DNA from: a virus
Lineage: Duplodnaviria; Heunggongvirae; Uroviricota; Caudoviricetes
Length of the DNA stretch: 49,442 bases
Virus record (IMG/VR): IMGVR_UViG_2537561691_000009
Strand: one strand, 5' to 3'
This document shows, piece by piece, positions 48,550 to 49,442 of the stretch. Numbering within the stretch: position 1 is the first letter of the stretch; the number at the start of each line of letters is the position of its first letter. Position numbers and translations under genes: made by a program. The notes under the pieces were generated by a model. The model made no database searches. It was not told the origin of the DNA and saw only the letters and a program-made list of their open reading frames with translations.

Positions 48550-48819
48550 ATGCTGCCGCAGCATAGCGATATTGAAATAGCCTGGTATGCTTCGATACAG
48601 CAGGAGCCGAATGGCTGGAAGACCGTCACCACACAGTTCTACATCCAGGAATTCAGTGAGTATATTGCGCCACTGCAGGATGCTGTAGATCTGGAAATCG
48701 CAACGGAGGAAGAAAGATCGTTGCTGGAGGCATGGAATAAATATCGGGTATTGTTGAATCGTGTTGATACATCAACTGCACCTGATATTGAGTGGCCTGC
48801 AAATCCTGTCAGGGAGTAA
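48550..48819 (+). CDS. Tfa-like C-terminal domain protein, 89 aa (short tail fibre assembly homolog)
   Basis: C-terminus resembles the tfa C-terminus (EER..LE.W..Y...RVDT...EWP); ends in repeat copy 2. Confidence 0.55.
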   Translation: MLPQHSDIEIAWYASIQQEPNGWKTVTTQFYIQEFSEYIAPLQDAVDLEIATEEERSLLEAWNKYRVLLNRVDTSTAPDIEWPANPVRE

Positions 48820-48869
48820 TCATTGGGATTATGCCGCAGACACGTCGTATGCAGGAACGTGCTGCGGTT
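48727..48869. repeat. Direct repeat copy 2 (tfa-like 3' end plus hairpin)
   Basis: Matches 47678..47819. Confidence 0.8.
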
Positions 48870-49104
48870 AGTTTGTGAGCTTTCGATAGTGGTTGTTATT
48901 TTTGCCCTTATTTGTTCCGGAGGCCATGGTTCAATGGTCCGTCTGCCCCCTGTGGTGATGTCAGCAAAATCAGCCACTGCGCGAACCACAATAGCCCGGG
49001 AAGATGCTGAAGATCACCAGGTAAAGCTATCAGCGCAGAAACTGGAAGAACTGCTCGCATCAATGGTTAAGGATGAGGTTGATCGCAATGATGGGATTTA
49101 TTGA
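48823..49104 (+). CDS. Hypothetical protein (start uncertain)
   Basis: 93-aa ORF; hydrophobic then charged segment. Confidence 0.3.
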   Translation: MGLCRRHVVCRNVLRLVCELSIVVVIFALICSGGHGSMVRLPPVVMSAKSATARTTIAREDAEDHQVKLSAQKLEELLASMVKDEVDRNDGIY

Positions 49105-49414
49105 CGTCAGCGAGAGCAGAAGGAAGAACTGAATAACCTGAATGATTTACGCTCAATCAGAGCGATGATGATTGGCAGTAATTAGCGGTCAATTTCGGTT
49201 TTTTTGGCTGTGCGCTCCCCGCCCAGCATTGCGCGTCAATTAGCCCCAAAAAAACGAAAAAGTTACAATCAAGTAAAAAATTCCTTCTGCAAAACTAAAA
49301 AAGATTTCAATAAAATCAGACAGTTAAAAACATAAAAAAAAGGTACAAAAAAACATCTCAAAGTCTTGTTTTTTGCTTCAAATACAATTGGTTATTGTGT
49401 TTTTTGAAACCTAC

Positions 49415-49442
49415 CAGTGTGGTACATGGATATCGATACCAC
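49415..49442. repeat. attR: attR core: 28-bp direct repeat identical to 1..28
   Basis: Exact identity with 1..28; preceded by AT-rich arm-like region 49105..49414. Confidence 0.8.

Noticed and set aside
1-49442. CRISPR arrays, IS elements or transposases
   Set aside because: No short regularly spaced repeat-spacer arrays and no transposase-like ORFs or terminal inverted repeats; the only mobile-element boundaries are the prophage att repeats.
1-49442. Whether the window is an integrated prophage or a circularly permuted free phage genome with a duplicated 28-bp end
   Set aside because: Cannot be resolved without flanking sequence; prophage is favoured because the repeat lies inside an ompW-like reading frame and the gene order matches the integrated lambda map.

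Overview
The window is one complete lambdoid prophage of about 49.4 kb, bounded by a 28-bp direct repeat (1..28 and 49415..49442) and inserted in the 3' end of an ompW-like outer-membrane protein gene. Gene order follows the lambda prophage map: int/xis and an early-left operon with a large exonuclease; a RacR/YdaS/YdaT-like immunity region flanked by inverted operator repeats; replication and nin-like genes including a hok/mok type I toxin, a DUF968 protein, rusA and a Q-like antiterminator; a late accessory region with a DNA adenine methyltransferase, three tRNA genes and a nanS-p-like esterase but no stx; a holin/SAR-endolysin/Rz/Rz1 lysis cassette; a lambda-type cos site; and a lambda-like head and tail set (Nu1 through J, lom, stf, tfa). 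The most interesting feature is an AT-rich two-gene cassette just downstream of Q (13171..14894): a P-loop ABC-type ATPase translationally coupled to a small Toprim-like protein, which I interpret as a candidate anti-phage abortive-infection module of the AbiL/Rlo or PARIS/OLD type. Also notable are a tail-fibre inversion switch with two gix-like crossover sites but a decayed pin invertase, and a minus-strand SAM-methyltransferase cargo gene bracketed by duplicated tfa 3' ends. All calls rest on reading the sequence and ORF translations against remembered protein families; no database search was run, and some short comparisons are from memory and may be imperfect.
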